In this document: one piece after another, positions 10,075 through 21,565 of the stretch
Layout of the letters: each line of letters starts with the position of its first letter
Position numbering within the stretch: position 1 is the stretch's first letter
Notes under the pieces: generated by a model
What the model was told of the DNA's origin: nothing
Seen by the model: the letters and a program-made list of their open reading frames with translations, nothing else
Database searches by the model: none
Translations under genes and position numbers: made by a program
From: Mayamaea pseudoterrestris
Lineage: Eukaryota
DNA: 64,000 nucleotides
Reading direction: 5' to 3'
Assembly: GCA_027923505.1 (NCBI GenBank)
Contig: BROI01000003.1
Span: forward strand, 744,001-808,000

Positions 10075-11970
10075 ATGAGTGAAGCAACTTCCGATGTTGC
10101 AGTCGAAAAGGCTACTATCGAGGCTCCCGTCGACATGACTGCTGTCCAGCAAGAGGAAGCCGAGGCCAAGGATGTAACGGACATGCAGGAGGATGCTGCT
10201 GAGTTGCATGATGACGGAGTGTTCGGCGAGGAGGAAGCGGAGGAGTTGGACGAGAGTGGCGCTCCCAAACGAACCGCCAAGGCTCTCGACGACAATTGGG
10301 AGGAAGGATTCAACAAGCTACAGGTACGTTTGATTATGGGACTTGTTTCTCTTGTGCCCGGCCAACTGCAGATATGCTGCATTGGTTCTTAACATTGCGA
10401 ATACGTACGTCTCAAACACCTCTTTTGTACCCTTAACAGAAGTTTAAAGCGAAACACGGTCACTGCGCGGTCCCTTCCCGATTCCCTGGAGATCCTCACC
10501 TTGGGTAAGTTTAGAGTTTTTGCTTCTTAGTATGTACAAGGTCTCCTCCAACTAACGCGAATATGATCTTGGGGTCGACTTGAACAGGAGTTGGGGTAAG
10601 TCAAAACATTGAATATGCTCACGTTAAGAAAGCGATACCAAAAACTAATCCTGTCTGTGTTTAATAGTTGCCACGCAGCGCCGACAGTATCGCATTATGG
10701 TCAGTGGATCGGGATTGTCGACTCCCATGACGGAGGAACGGGCTCGTCGCTTGGAGGCGATTGGGTTCAAGTGGTCATCCAAGGATCCTCGCCACATTCC
10801 TTGGGAGGCACGCATGGAGGAGCTAACAAACTTTGTAAAACGCTATGGGCATGCGCAGGTTCCCATTGGATGGACGGTAAGAAAATGAATTGGTGACGCA
10901 CCGATCGTTGCTAAGATGCACTTTTTTGGCTAACACCACATGCCCTCTCTGCTTGAAAGGAAAACGTTTCGCTAGCGAATTGGATTTCAACGCAACGACA
11001 AGTGAGTATGGATAGTGACTTTATTACCAGTATAGATTGAATTCGAGACTAACCATGACGTCGACAACAACAGGAATATAAATTAAAGCTGAAAGGACGA
11101 AGCAATCGACTAACTGAAGAGCGCATGCAAATGCTCAACGACGTTGGCTTCATTTGGGAGGCGCAACGCGGCGGGCCTCGCCGCTTGAAGAAAGCCCGCG
11201 TGAGCGTTCCCGCTCGTGCAACTCCAAAGCCTCCTTCGCGCACGCGAGGTGGTCGAGGAGGCGCTGATCCGGCAACTATGCCAAAGTCGGATATGCAAGG
11301 CCTTGCTTCCTCGGATGCGGTCGTCAGTCGGATGCAAGACGCCGCCAACGCACTCAATGGTTCGGTTCCAGGTGCTGGACAACCGACCAACGATGCCACT
11401 CTGCAGCTCCTTATCAACCAGCAGCAGGCCCTCTTGGAGTCGCAGCGCCGCAATGCGGCTCTCTTGACGGCCATGCAGCCGCAACTTGGCATGCAGGGCA
11501 TGAATCCAATGGGTGGCATGGGAGGTGCTCAATTCGGCATGCCTGGTATGCCCGGTTCCTTTTTGATGCCGCAGCAGTTTGCGCAGATGCCGATACTTTA
11601 CACGGCGAACGGCATGCCTTTTCAGCTTCAGCCGTTGGGGTCAAATAATCCGTTTTCGCCGACTGCCGGAGGAATGCCGCAAAATATTTTCTCCAACATG
11701 CCGATGCCAATGCTTGATCCAAGCCAGCAAATGGCAGCACTTCCGCAGCAGGCCACGGCTGCATCGGATCCTCAGAACCAGGCTGCGTTGCTAGGCACAC
11801 AGGGAGCGACCGCTGGCGGTGCTGGTGCGCCTTCTCCACTTGTTGCCGCGCAGCAGGCACCGGCGATTCTTCCCAAGCCTCGACCAACGCCGCCATCCGC
11901 CCCTGCGGAACCGGATGATAAAGAAGATGAGGATGGGTATGGCGACGAGGATGACGAAGGTGATGATTAG
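10075..11970 (+). CDS. Helicase-associated (HA) domain protein, two HA repeats plus Q/M/P-rich tail; putative DNA-binding regulator
   Basis: Exons 10075-10323, 10440-10504, 10588-10595, 10668-10876, 10960-11001, 11074-11970 splice to W...FKAKHGHCAVP...LGSWVATQRRQY...RLEAIGFKW and a second repeat. Confidence 0.88.
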
Positions 11971-12631
11971 TCAAGTGATTGGTTTGGGGAATTATTTGTT
12001 CGATGGTTTTGCGTTTGCATGAGTCAGTCAGTATGTCAGCAGCCTTTAAGAGATTCATTAACAGTAAACGCAAATTATATGTCAGTATTGACATTGATTC
12101 ATATTCTAGTTTCTCGCCGACGAATATGCTGTGCGTGGAGATGGCGCGTTGGCAGTGGTAACGTAGCTACTCGAGTAAGAACTGGTGCGACAATCAATTT
12201 CAGCCGCTCGGTGCAGATCCCATGCGTTCGTTCCGCGAAACGAAACGCAAAGGACTTTTCAGTTTTGCTTGACGAGTTGCAAGAATAAACACACGAGCAA
12301 GCAAGATTGAAGTGCTGCCATCGCCAACTAGTAGTCATCTCTGTTAGTAGTCCTTGTGTTACAAAGTATCCTTTGTGTCCTCAGCCAAGTAACTGCCGAC
12401 ATTCGCGTAAGTTTTATCACGCATACCAGCGCGAGTTCACCCGGTCGCTGCTTCTGTCGCCGCTGTTAATTCCTGGCTGTGTACGGATTACTCAATAAAT
12501 GAACCATTCGTATACTGATTGAATGAACCATAAGTATACTTTGACTGGCAACATACACCATGTAATACTCATCATTGCATAAACGGCTTCTTTACAACTT
12601 CTCCAGACGAGATTTGTTTTCAGCATTCAGC

Positions 12632-14128
12632 ATGACGAATGACGACGAGAACGAGCTGGCATCCGCCAAGGCTGGAGACTCGGTTGCGCTCCTTGATACT
12701 GACGAAGAACCAGCACAAGGAACTGTCGGCGAGATTGACAATGAAGATGACCTGCACCAGAATTTAGACAACAAATGGAACGATGCGTTCGCTCGGTTGC
12801 TACTGTACATTGAGAAGCATGGAGATGCCTTGGTTCCAAATCGATACCAGGGGGATCCGCATCTCGGCAGCTGGGTTTCAACGCAACGCAGGCAGCACCG
12901 TCAATTATTAGAAGGCAAGGGGACTCCAATGACACAGGCACGAGCACGAAAGTTGGAGGAGGTGGGATTTCAGTGGACGACTCGCGATCCTCGCCATGTT
13001 CCTTGGAGCAAGCGCTACGAAGAACTTCAAGAATTCAAACAGAGATTCGGAGTAAGCAAAGGAAATCCAATGACTATTCGGAAAGGATAATCATTTTTGC
13101 TCACGTTAACATTCTCTTCAATACTTGCAGCATGCACAGGTGCCCATTGGTTGGAAGGTAAGCTAAACACAACATCCGACATTACGTCTTCTTGCTCGCC
13201 GTAGATTTTGATTAGCACTCACGACATCATCATCACCCTTTTCACTCTCACTCAGGAAAATGTGCCGCTCAGCAACTGGATTTCTACGCAGCGACAAGTG
13301 AGTATGGGTAGTGACTTTATCATCAGTACATAGTGACAATTGAGACTCAACATGACGCAACCATAACAACAGGAGTATAAATTAAAACTCAAGGGTCGGA
13401 ACTCACGCTTGACCCAGGAACGGATTGAGTTACTTAACAAGGTTGACTTTGTTTGGGAGGCTCAACGCGGCGGGCCACGTCGGCAGGAGCGAGCGACAGT
13501 TAGTGTCCCGGCGCAGGCCCATCCAGCCCAAGCCCGGAACAAGACACCAAAGGTTGATTACGCGCAAATGATGACAGGCGCCCAGCAATTTATGATGCCC
13601 GGAGGCTTCTCCATGATGCCTTTTGCCATGCCACCAGGCATGATGATGCCAGCAATGCCACCTCCTGCGCAAGCCAACGAAGTGAAGAAAGTTATCAAGG
13701 ATGGCGAAGAAATGGCAACAGCTGGAAAGGAAGAAGGAGATACAAAGGTGGACGATGCGAGCGCCAGTGCGAGCAAGTATCCATACTACAACCCACACAT
13801 GATGATGAACCCTCAGATGATGGCTGCGATGGGCTGGCCTATGATGCCGGCCGGGACGTCTTCATCAAGCCAGCCGATGGCAATCGGCTTTTTCCCAATG
13901 GCTGCGCCATACATGATGGGCTGGCCGCAGGCGACGCCAGCGGCTACGACCACTCCGAGTGGAAACGTTGGCACCATCGAGACGAAGCGGAAAGCCGAGG
14001 TGGAGATCGACACAGAAGAAGCCAAAATAGCAAAGACAGAAGACGCTGGAGTCAAAGACAACAAGGAAGAAAACCTTATCGAGGCGCCTGCTGTCAGTGA
14101 CAATTTGGATCAGGGGGCAACTGTTTAG
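12632..14128 (+). CDS. HA domain protein, tandem paralog
   Basis: Exons 12632-13051, 13131-13157, 13256-13297, 13373-14128; two HA repeats and an M/P-rich tail. Confidence 0.88.
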
Positions 14129-14383
14129 TGCGGCTGGCCGCGTTGGAGCTGATGCGGAATGGAGTACAAGCTGTAGCCGCCTACATTCCTTATTCGTTTG
14201 ATATCGCGATGCAGTGTGAATGGACAAAGGTGTGTGTTTGATACATAGTGAATGGGTGAGTGCTTTGCTTCTACTTCTGCGACTTTGTATAATATCGTAT
14301 TGAAGTATGCTGACAACTGTACTTTATAATAGTTGAATGAGGTCAAATTAACATTAAGCTCATCGTAGTTACGTAAAGTAATA

Positions 14384-17300
14384 TTAGTTCTTGCATTCGT
14401 CAACAACTTTGCAGCACTTGTCGCACTGCTTCGTGCCGACAGCCCATGGTTCAGGCGCGCATCCACCCTTGGACTCACCCTCGTAGCATAGGTAGGGCGC
14501 TCCTCCGCCAATTGGGCATAAATTCATCTTTGACTGACAAATATCCTTTTCGCAAATGGGGCAACTGTCACTATCGTCCTCTTCATCAGATTTGGATGAA
14601 TGGCCACTGCTGTCTTTGTCCACCGAAGGCGCAATCGGATGTTCCTTGCAGGCGCTAATTTCGCAACATGACGAACACTGGCCGTGCAAATCCCAAGGCA
14701 CCGACGAGCAGCCTCCTCTGCTTGATCCGCCAGTGCAAACATACGTCTTCAAGTAGCGAGGGCAGCGATTCAAGAGTTCGTTCTGGCATTCCGACTCGGT
14801 ACATGCTCCACATTGAGGAGTTTCTGCCGTCACCGAATCATCGTTAGCCTCAGCCGGATCGCAAGCACCGCATTCGTGCGGGTTCTCAATGCCGGCAACT
14901 TGACCACATGCCTCCGTTTCTGACTTTCCTTCTTGCCAAATGAGCCATTGTATTCTCTGACGGCATGAGTACAGACCAGCAATGGTGTCCAGCACAAAAT
15001 CGGTACAGCTCGCGGGCCTTCCGCAATCTGTCAAGGTAAATTCCGACGGCGGCTTAGGCTCATCTCCCAAATCGTTTCCTCTGTTCCGGTTGAGTTCCAG
15101 AGGCGTAACCGCCGGACGTGTGGCAATGTACCACAGTGTGTTTGTGAGCGAGTGACCATCACCTGCAGGGCCTTTGAAGGCCTCGGCCGGCATCATTTCC
15201 GTCTTGTTCAGAGCCAGCTTCTGATGCCCTGCCGTTGCAAGAATTGCCTGGACACCAACTCCCCAACCAGTCTCGGTACATCCTTCATTGTCATAACAGC
15301 TGTCGGACAACGAATGATACATCATCTTCGCCCATTCAGCGCCGTCACGCGCCTCTGAAATAGCTGTGATAGGCATGAGCTGAATTCCATATGCAAGGTA
15401 TGGAGCGCTTCCAAACCATGTTTGGAACTGTGTCATCGTTTGCCAAAGCATACCGACAGCAAATTCCACGTAGTTCTGGGGATAGATCTTGATATTGTCG
15501 TTTCCTCCTCTAATGATATGCCAATACATTTTTGTCGATCGAAGCTCGGTCGCAGTCGCGACCAAGCCAGCCGCATACACTTCACGCGCTGCGCTCGTCA
15601 GCTTTGTATCATGGGCCTCTTCCCCGACAGCAATCATGACTTTACCATAGAGGGCGACGCCTTCGTACGCAGCAACAGCCTCGCTAGATGACTCTTGATT
15701 CTTGCCGTTCAGGTAGAGCATAGCAATACCACTCGCCCATGAATTGCCTTGATACCAGTCCTTTTGTCGCCAGCTTGGGAAATAATCGTCATCATCCGAC
15801 GGATTGGCAATGTCTCGGATAAGAAGGAGAACATCCTCGAAGTGCTCACGTGCCCAATCATGGTCGAAATGCGAAAGGATCGCGGCAGCGTAAATCATGT
15901 ACCCATAATGAAAATGATGATCGTTGTAGAAGCCTGCGAAGGTGTGCTAAATCGATGAGACAGATCTGTCGCATACAAAATGTATCGCGCAACAATAAAC
16001 TTACCGTTACCAAAATCAAGACCAGGATCCGTAAATGTCGGACAGTCGGGAAAGCGATTTCTACAGTCTCTGGTTGATTCGTCAAAGTCACAGCCGCAAC
16101 TCACGAGGCCACCCCACTCCGAATCATACACAAAGGGTGTGATGGCACTTCCATTGACCCAAATTTCCACTGCGCTACGTAGCTCAGACACAGCATTGTC
16201 CATGTCCTTAGATGACGGCAGCGAAATGCGGTTGCAAACGTCTGAATAGAGAGCATTTTTCCCGTTGCATATCTCGATTGTTTCTTCGGCAATTGCGAGA
16301 ATGCGCCCAAGCTTGGCAAGGCGCTTGCCCGAAAAGTACGTGTCGCCGGCACCCTTTTTGTAGTACTTGGGAAGTGTGAATTGAATGTCATCCTTTAAAC
16401 TGTCCGCCAAGGACTCCATCGCCCAAGGCGCCGGTGGTCGAATGGCTCGCATGCCAATATCAGGTACATCTTCGTCGATTTCCCACTTCGCCCCACGAGT
16501 GAGACAGGCGGGCCCAATCATTGAATGCACGCAATAAATTTGAGAGTCAAATTTTGGCATGGTTTCGAACAAATCATAATGATGGGGCAAGGCGAACGTA
16601 ATCAACTGACTGTTGCTCACATCAGCGTCATCATGATCAGGCGACATGCGCTGCACATCCCAGTCAAATGTCAAGGCAATCTTGTCCTTGCTTTCGTCCA
16701 CGGCGTAGCTAAATTTGGCGTCGGGTCCAGGGTAGTAGTTGGAATGGTTTCGGAGAATGTCGCCATACAAACCTTGGCCGAGCATGAGAGCGCTCGGGTG
16801 CATCAATTCCTGATGACAGTAAATAGGGTTGCCGCCGGTACTGCAGGACTTGAGCCACGCGACACGCACCACAAGTGGCTTTGTCTTGAAATCATCACGT
16901 GCGTCGACCGTTCCCACCACCTGCAAGCTGAACCCAGATTCCTTACTGGAGACGCACCGAACATTGACAGGCTCTGAAAAGAAAGCCAGCCATGAAAAGT
17001 CGCTCTCCGAAATAAGCATTTCGACTTCTCGTTCAACACGAAACGTCTTTGAATCGTCGCACTTGATTTTGTGTTGATCAACAATGGGATCGGCGGCCAG
17101 CGACTTGATCGAGTTGATGGTGGGACGAATGTGCTTGCCGTCCTTAGTCTTGGCTTCAATGGCATCATATACCATGGTAACGTAAGGCATTCCCTTGGCG
17201 ATTGATGCATGCATCGGAAAGTCGTTCTGTACCGGTGAAAGAGTGTAAAGAAATTAGCAAACCAGTATATGCGCCACAGAGACACGCAGCATTCAATAAT

Positions 17301-18137
17301 ACGTACCCATTCCAGTGTCACGCTCAAGCTCGACATGTTTCGAACAAAGTATTGGTTGGAAAGAATCTTTTCAATTTCACTGTCGCTACCGTCACTACTT
17401 CTGTCGCTGTGTGAACTACTTTTATCACGCTTTTCACCATGATGATCAACTCCAGCGCCAAGAACCATGCCGTATTCATCCATGGAATAAATCTGCACAA
17501 TAGATGTTGACGCAGCAATGTGATTTGCAAAAAACTGAAGGCCAGGAATGGCTCCTGCCATGTCAATCAAGTAGGGAATCGAATATACGCGGTTGAGACC
17601 TGATGGTTCGCCGTCGGAGGTCATGAGTAAGTTTTGATACCACGAGTTGGTGGGAAAAACTCGAGATTTGCCGGAATGCTTCTCGTCGTGAAAGAGAAAC
17701 TTGGGCGGGCGAGAATCCTTGGGACGCTTGAAGGCAGCGAGACCAAGATCGTGCACAGGATCCTTATTTGAAAGCGGGATGGCTCCAGTCGAAACATGGT
17801 GAAAGGTTTGCGGAATGAGCGAGTGCTTTGGTGGGACATCCGATCCTTCGTCTTGTTGCTTGTCGCTTCTTGCATATCCAATGGCTCCGATGAGCGTAGC
17901 AAAGATAAGCACTGCCACAACGGCACGTCGGCACTTTTTCGTCGTCTTGCCGCCTTGACTTTCGTCAGCCCACCATGCACCGTTTCCTTGGCTCCCCTGA
18001 GGTCGAGCAGCCGAATTTTGAAAGGAAGTTCCGTTGGAGCCGAGACCAGGCTCAGTGTCGGCGAGCAAACTCTTCGTTGAGACCTCATCGGTGAGATTTG
18101 GCGATGGCAGAAGGAGCCGACTCGTTTCGGACGGCAT
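14384..18137 (-). CDS. GH81 endo-1,3(4)-beta-glucanase, type II membrane-anchored, with C-terminal Cys-rich repeats
   Basis: Exons 18137-17307, 17226-16005, 15933-14384. Motifs FPTNSW, DTYFSGK, FYNDHHFHYGY (across the intron), NQESSSEA. TM segment AVVAVLIFATLIGAIGY. Confidence 0.92.
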
Positions 18138-18827
18138 GACTTGCTGTTGTTGTCGGAGAAGTATACTCACTGATTGACGTCTTCTTGCTCGGAGACCTGC
18201 TTGACGAGAAATTCAAGTTAATTTCTCAAATAATGGCGCAGCAATGCCGATCAATAATATTTGGGTGGTCTTGGTGCAAAGATGCGAATGGAATCGACGA
18301 CGAAATGCGATATCATGGATGATGTCTTTCAAGAAACGGCAGGTGGCCGAGCGCGCCGGCCTGGTTGACTGACGCACTTTGGTTTCCCCGAATTACGTGT
18401 GTGCCACGTGGCAGATTCAGGAGCAACTGCGACGTCTTCCGTCAAGCAGCTTTAGCTATCCATTGCAGATGACAATTAAGAAAGACTGTCGTCAGTTAGT
18501 TGTATCAAGCTACATACACACAAGCCCAAACAATAAGCGAAGCATGTTCCAGCTAATGGCAAGCCTGCTACGTTACCTACCGATAGACCACCAAGGATGA
18601 GTGAATAACAAAGAATCGTTAACTTTGTAGATGTAGCAGACTCCTTCATTGTGTCGATACCAAAAGGGAATATTGATTTATGTCTATGTGTGTTGTAGCG
18701 TATTATCTATGATATGCAATGTTGGACATTACTAGGCGCAAATAAGAACCGAAAAGGTAGCAAATGAACATGCGAACAGCCTGTCGAAGCACGAGGACGA
18801 GGCATCGAAGGGCTCGAAAACACAACA

Positions 18828-19328
18828 TCAATCCGTCGAGACGAAACGCAACATTTCCTCCTCAAGTAACTGGCGGTCCCAGTCTCGATGAGAGTCCATG
18901 AATGCAGCCCTTTCAAGGGCATTCGGCGCAGAAGTTTCATTGACAATCTCTGGTCGAAAGGATGCATTGTAGTAGGACTCATTGCTGTTTGGTATGGTCT
19001 CTTGCATGAAATCTTCCGTAGTTCGATTATTCATGCCAATGGATCCATCTTCGTTAAAGGTGGAGGCCGCATGATGATTCATGGATCCAATCTGTCCCGG
19101 ATATACAAAGCGATATCCATATCGACATGGATCGTCGCGCGGGTCCTCCGGTTCGACGAAATGGTCGGACGGGTACAAGGCTTCCTGAAGACTCGACAAG
19201 GGTCGGTGCAAGGCCGCGTCTCCAACGTGCGAGGAAGACGACCAGTGCATGGAGCTAAAGGTGCGAGCGGTCGCGGAGCTGCACCTAGAAATCTTGGAGA
19301 GGAGCGCGTTGGAAGCGTGGGCAATCAT
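18828..19328 (-). CDS. Hypothetical protein with mitochondrial presequence-like N-terminus
   Basis: Open frame from MIAHASNALLSKISRCSSATARTFSS; no recognisable domain. Confidence 0.5.
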   Translation of the reverse strand: MIAHASNALLSKISRCSSATARTFSSMHWSSSSHVGDAALHRPLSSLQEALYPSDHFVEPEDPRDDPCRYGYRFVYPGQIGSMNHHAASTFNEDGSIGMNNRTTEDFMQETIPNSNESYYNASFRPEIVNETSAPNALERAAFMDSHRDWDRQLLEEEMLRFVSTD

Positions 19329-19727
19329 TCTTTCAAACTTGTTTGGATGGCGGCGAGTTGTATTGGTAGTGCAAGTTGTGATTGTCGTTGTGGGCTTTGT
19401 GTGAGCAAGAGAGACAACGATGATGTCAAAGAGAGATTGCAAATAGGTTGATATCGTATGGCCTTGATCAGTGGTGTCGGGGCTGTCTCGTTGAGAGAAG
19501 TGAGGCTTCACTTGCCTGTCAGCAGCAATGATGATGCAACAGCCTCGGCGCGGTGGGAGCGGTGCTTGATGGCGTGTGGAGTGGAATGGAAGACTAACAA
19601 ATAATATCGGTCCATGCGAGCGCAGTAGAGCACTTGAAAACAATGTGCGAACGTTCGTGCTCAACTTCACAGATGCTTTTGTTTATTTACCAAATGACCC
19701 AATTACGTCAGACTATGGTCGACTCCT

Positions 19728-19799
19728 TTCCTGGTGGCGCAATGGTAGCGCGTGACACTCCTAATGTCAAGGTTGCAAGTTCGAGTCCTGCTCAGGAAA
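19728..19799 (+). tRNA. tRNA-Arg(CCT)
   Basis: Acceptor TTCCTGG/TCAGGAA, D arm GCGC-AATGGTA-GCGC, anticodon arm TGACA-CTCCTAA-TGTCA, T loop TTCGAGT, T6 Pol III terminator at 19802. Confidence 0.92.
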
Positions 19800-20775
19800 C
19801 ATTTTTTACTTTATCTACCGGTAGTATGATTCTAAAAGCATGAAGTCATCCTCGAGTATAAGGAAAAGAGCGTGCATGCCCTGTTGTGCGCAATCTATGT
19901 TGCGCACGTCAAGGTTTACTACATGGCCAACATGTTTAAAATTGTCAAAGCAAGCTGCGCCAAGTGCCTACCGTAGATATTGCCCCTGATTACTTGGATG
20001 CGCACAATGCGCGTGGCAGGTACTTTGGCGCGGCCAAAGCCTTTTATACTGTCATTACAAAGAATACGAAGCGGCTCTTTCCAAATGCGATTACTGGCTT
20101 GCCTCGAGTCCTGGCGTCAAAGGAGGATGCTAATGAAGCTAGGTGGGGCGGAGTTGTTCCTGTCACAAAAATGTTTCTTTCGACGCTCGATTGACAGGCT
20201 AAGGTTTGGATTGCGAACGACCTTGCCGGACTCTTCTGATTCTGAGTCGGGCTCTAATGCGAGTGTTGAGTTGTAGATTGATGGGGCACACTGGTCGCAG
20301 TGTGGCAGCATCAGTAAGTGTATGTCACTACATGCTGTTTGTGCTTGCAGACAGAATGTAAATCCGTACACTAAAATAATGAGATTATTAACTAGCGCTT
20401 TAATACAAAAACAACCAATCCCGTTACGTTCTATACTCGCCACGCTAGCGCCCTTTCCTTTTTCGCGAGAAAAGGATGCATGGCTGCAACGCTCAATCAC
20501 CCGACTGGCTTATCAGTTTTCGTTGATGCATTCATTTAATGCACCATCTAAACGTCATTCAGCCGTGAGTTTCAATTGATTATCAACAAGCACGATCCTT
20601 TCCTTTTATTCCCAATTCGAACACCACAATGCATCTATAAGGCATCATAGTGAAGGACCTGCTGGATCAATCCGGATCACTTCAACGCCAGCAGCGCATC
20701 ATCGGAGGTGCATGATCCAGCAGGCCCAGCCTAGGCCTACTAGAGACCAGAGACTGGGCAATTGGTCTGCCCGGC

Positions 20776-21130
20776 TCATCCAAAGCAGAATCCGCCTGTG
20801 CAAGAAGAGGAGAGAATGGATGAGTATGCGTGCGGTGTGCGTTGTCGATGATCTCGGCGTGCGCGGCTCTGTATTTTGCGCTACTATCTGACAGGGCGAA
20901 ACCACAACCTGTCCATCATTAATAATTCGTGCTGATTTTCACTATTTTTTGCTGGACTTACACTTGCGCGCAGGATTGATGTTGGGGTCTGAAACGACGC
21001 TCGGGTTGTCGAGGCCCGTCATGGTCGCAGACTTGATTTCACTCATACCCATTTGCACAGGACGAGCAGGGTTGAGAAAAGCGACGGCAGCACCGATGAT
21101 AGCGGCAGAGGTAAGGGCAAAGAGCTTCAT
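20776..21130 (-). CDS. 62-aa signal-peptide micro-protein ending ARKCGFCFG (CxxC); possibly extended to 20740 by UGA recoding
   Basis: Exons 21130-20962 and 20795-20776 with gtaagt donor and pyrimidine-rich cacag acceptor. Signal MKLFALTSAAIIGAAVA-F. Confidence 0.7.
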
Positions 21131-21565
21131 GGTGGATTTCTTTCGAGAAGGCACGAAAGTATTATGATGGTGATCGCGCAAGTGGTGGATGGAAGGTCAT
21201 CATCGATTCCAATTCGTCGCTGGTCGCACCGCGACAACACTCCCTTCGCCCAGCTTTAGCTATCCGCTTGCAAGCTGAACAGCGTCAAACGCATCAAATC
21301 AGTACTTGTATAAGAAGTATGAAAATAAGCGCAGTCAAGTCCAATCGCTATAATAACACAATTCTAGCACATAGAACGCAAACAAGACCTACGACTTAAA
21401 TAGGGTATGCTACCCAATCGCCATGATCCATGTTTCCAAAGATAAGGACATGCATCCAGAGGTGTTAATTCATCCAGGTCCTGTATTACGTAGTGGCATC
21501 TTAGAGTCCAGACACTAAAAAATTGTTCCGCCAGAGCTCCTCAACACTGAAGACGTACTTGCTCA

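Noticed and set aside
12498..12540. 19-bp imperfect direct repeat (aatgaaccat..gtatact) upstream of HA paralog 2
   Set aside because: A single short duplication, not seen upstream of paralog 1.
19743..19750. TGGTAGCG in tRNA-Arg identical to the retroelement PBS
   Set aside because: It is the ordinary D-loop sequence in the same sense, not a complementary 3' end.
19900..20580. Short ORFs downstream of the tRNA
   Set aside because: No recognisable motifs or splice-consistent model.
20655..20727. Canonical SECIS or TPP riboswitch
   Set aside because: There are only ~20 nt between ATGA and GA with no proper apical AA loop, and TPP core motifs are absent. Kept only as an unexplained hairpin.
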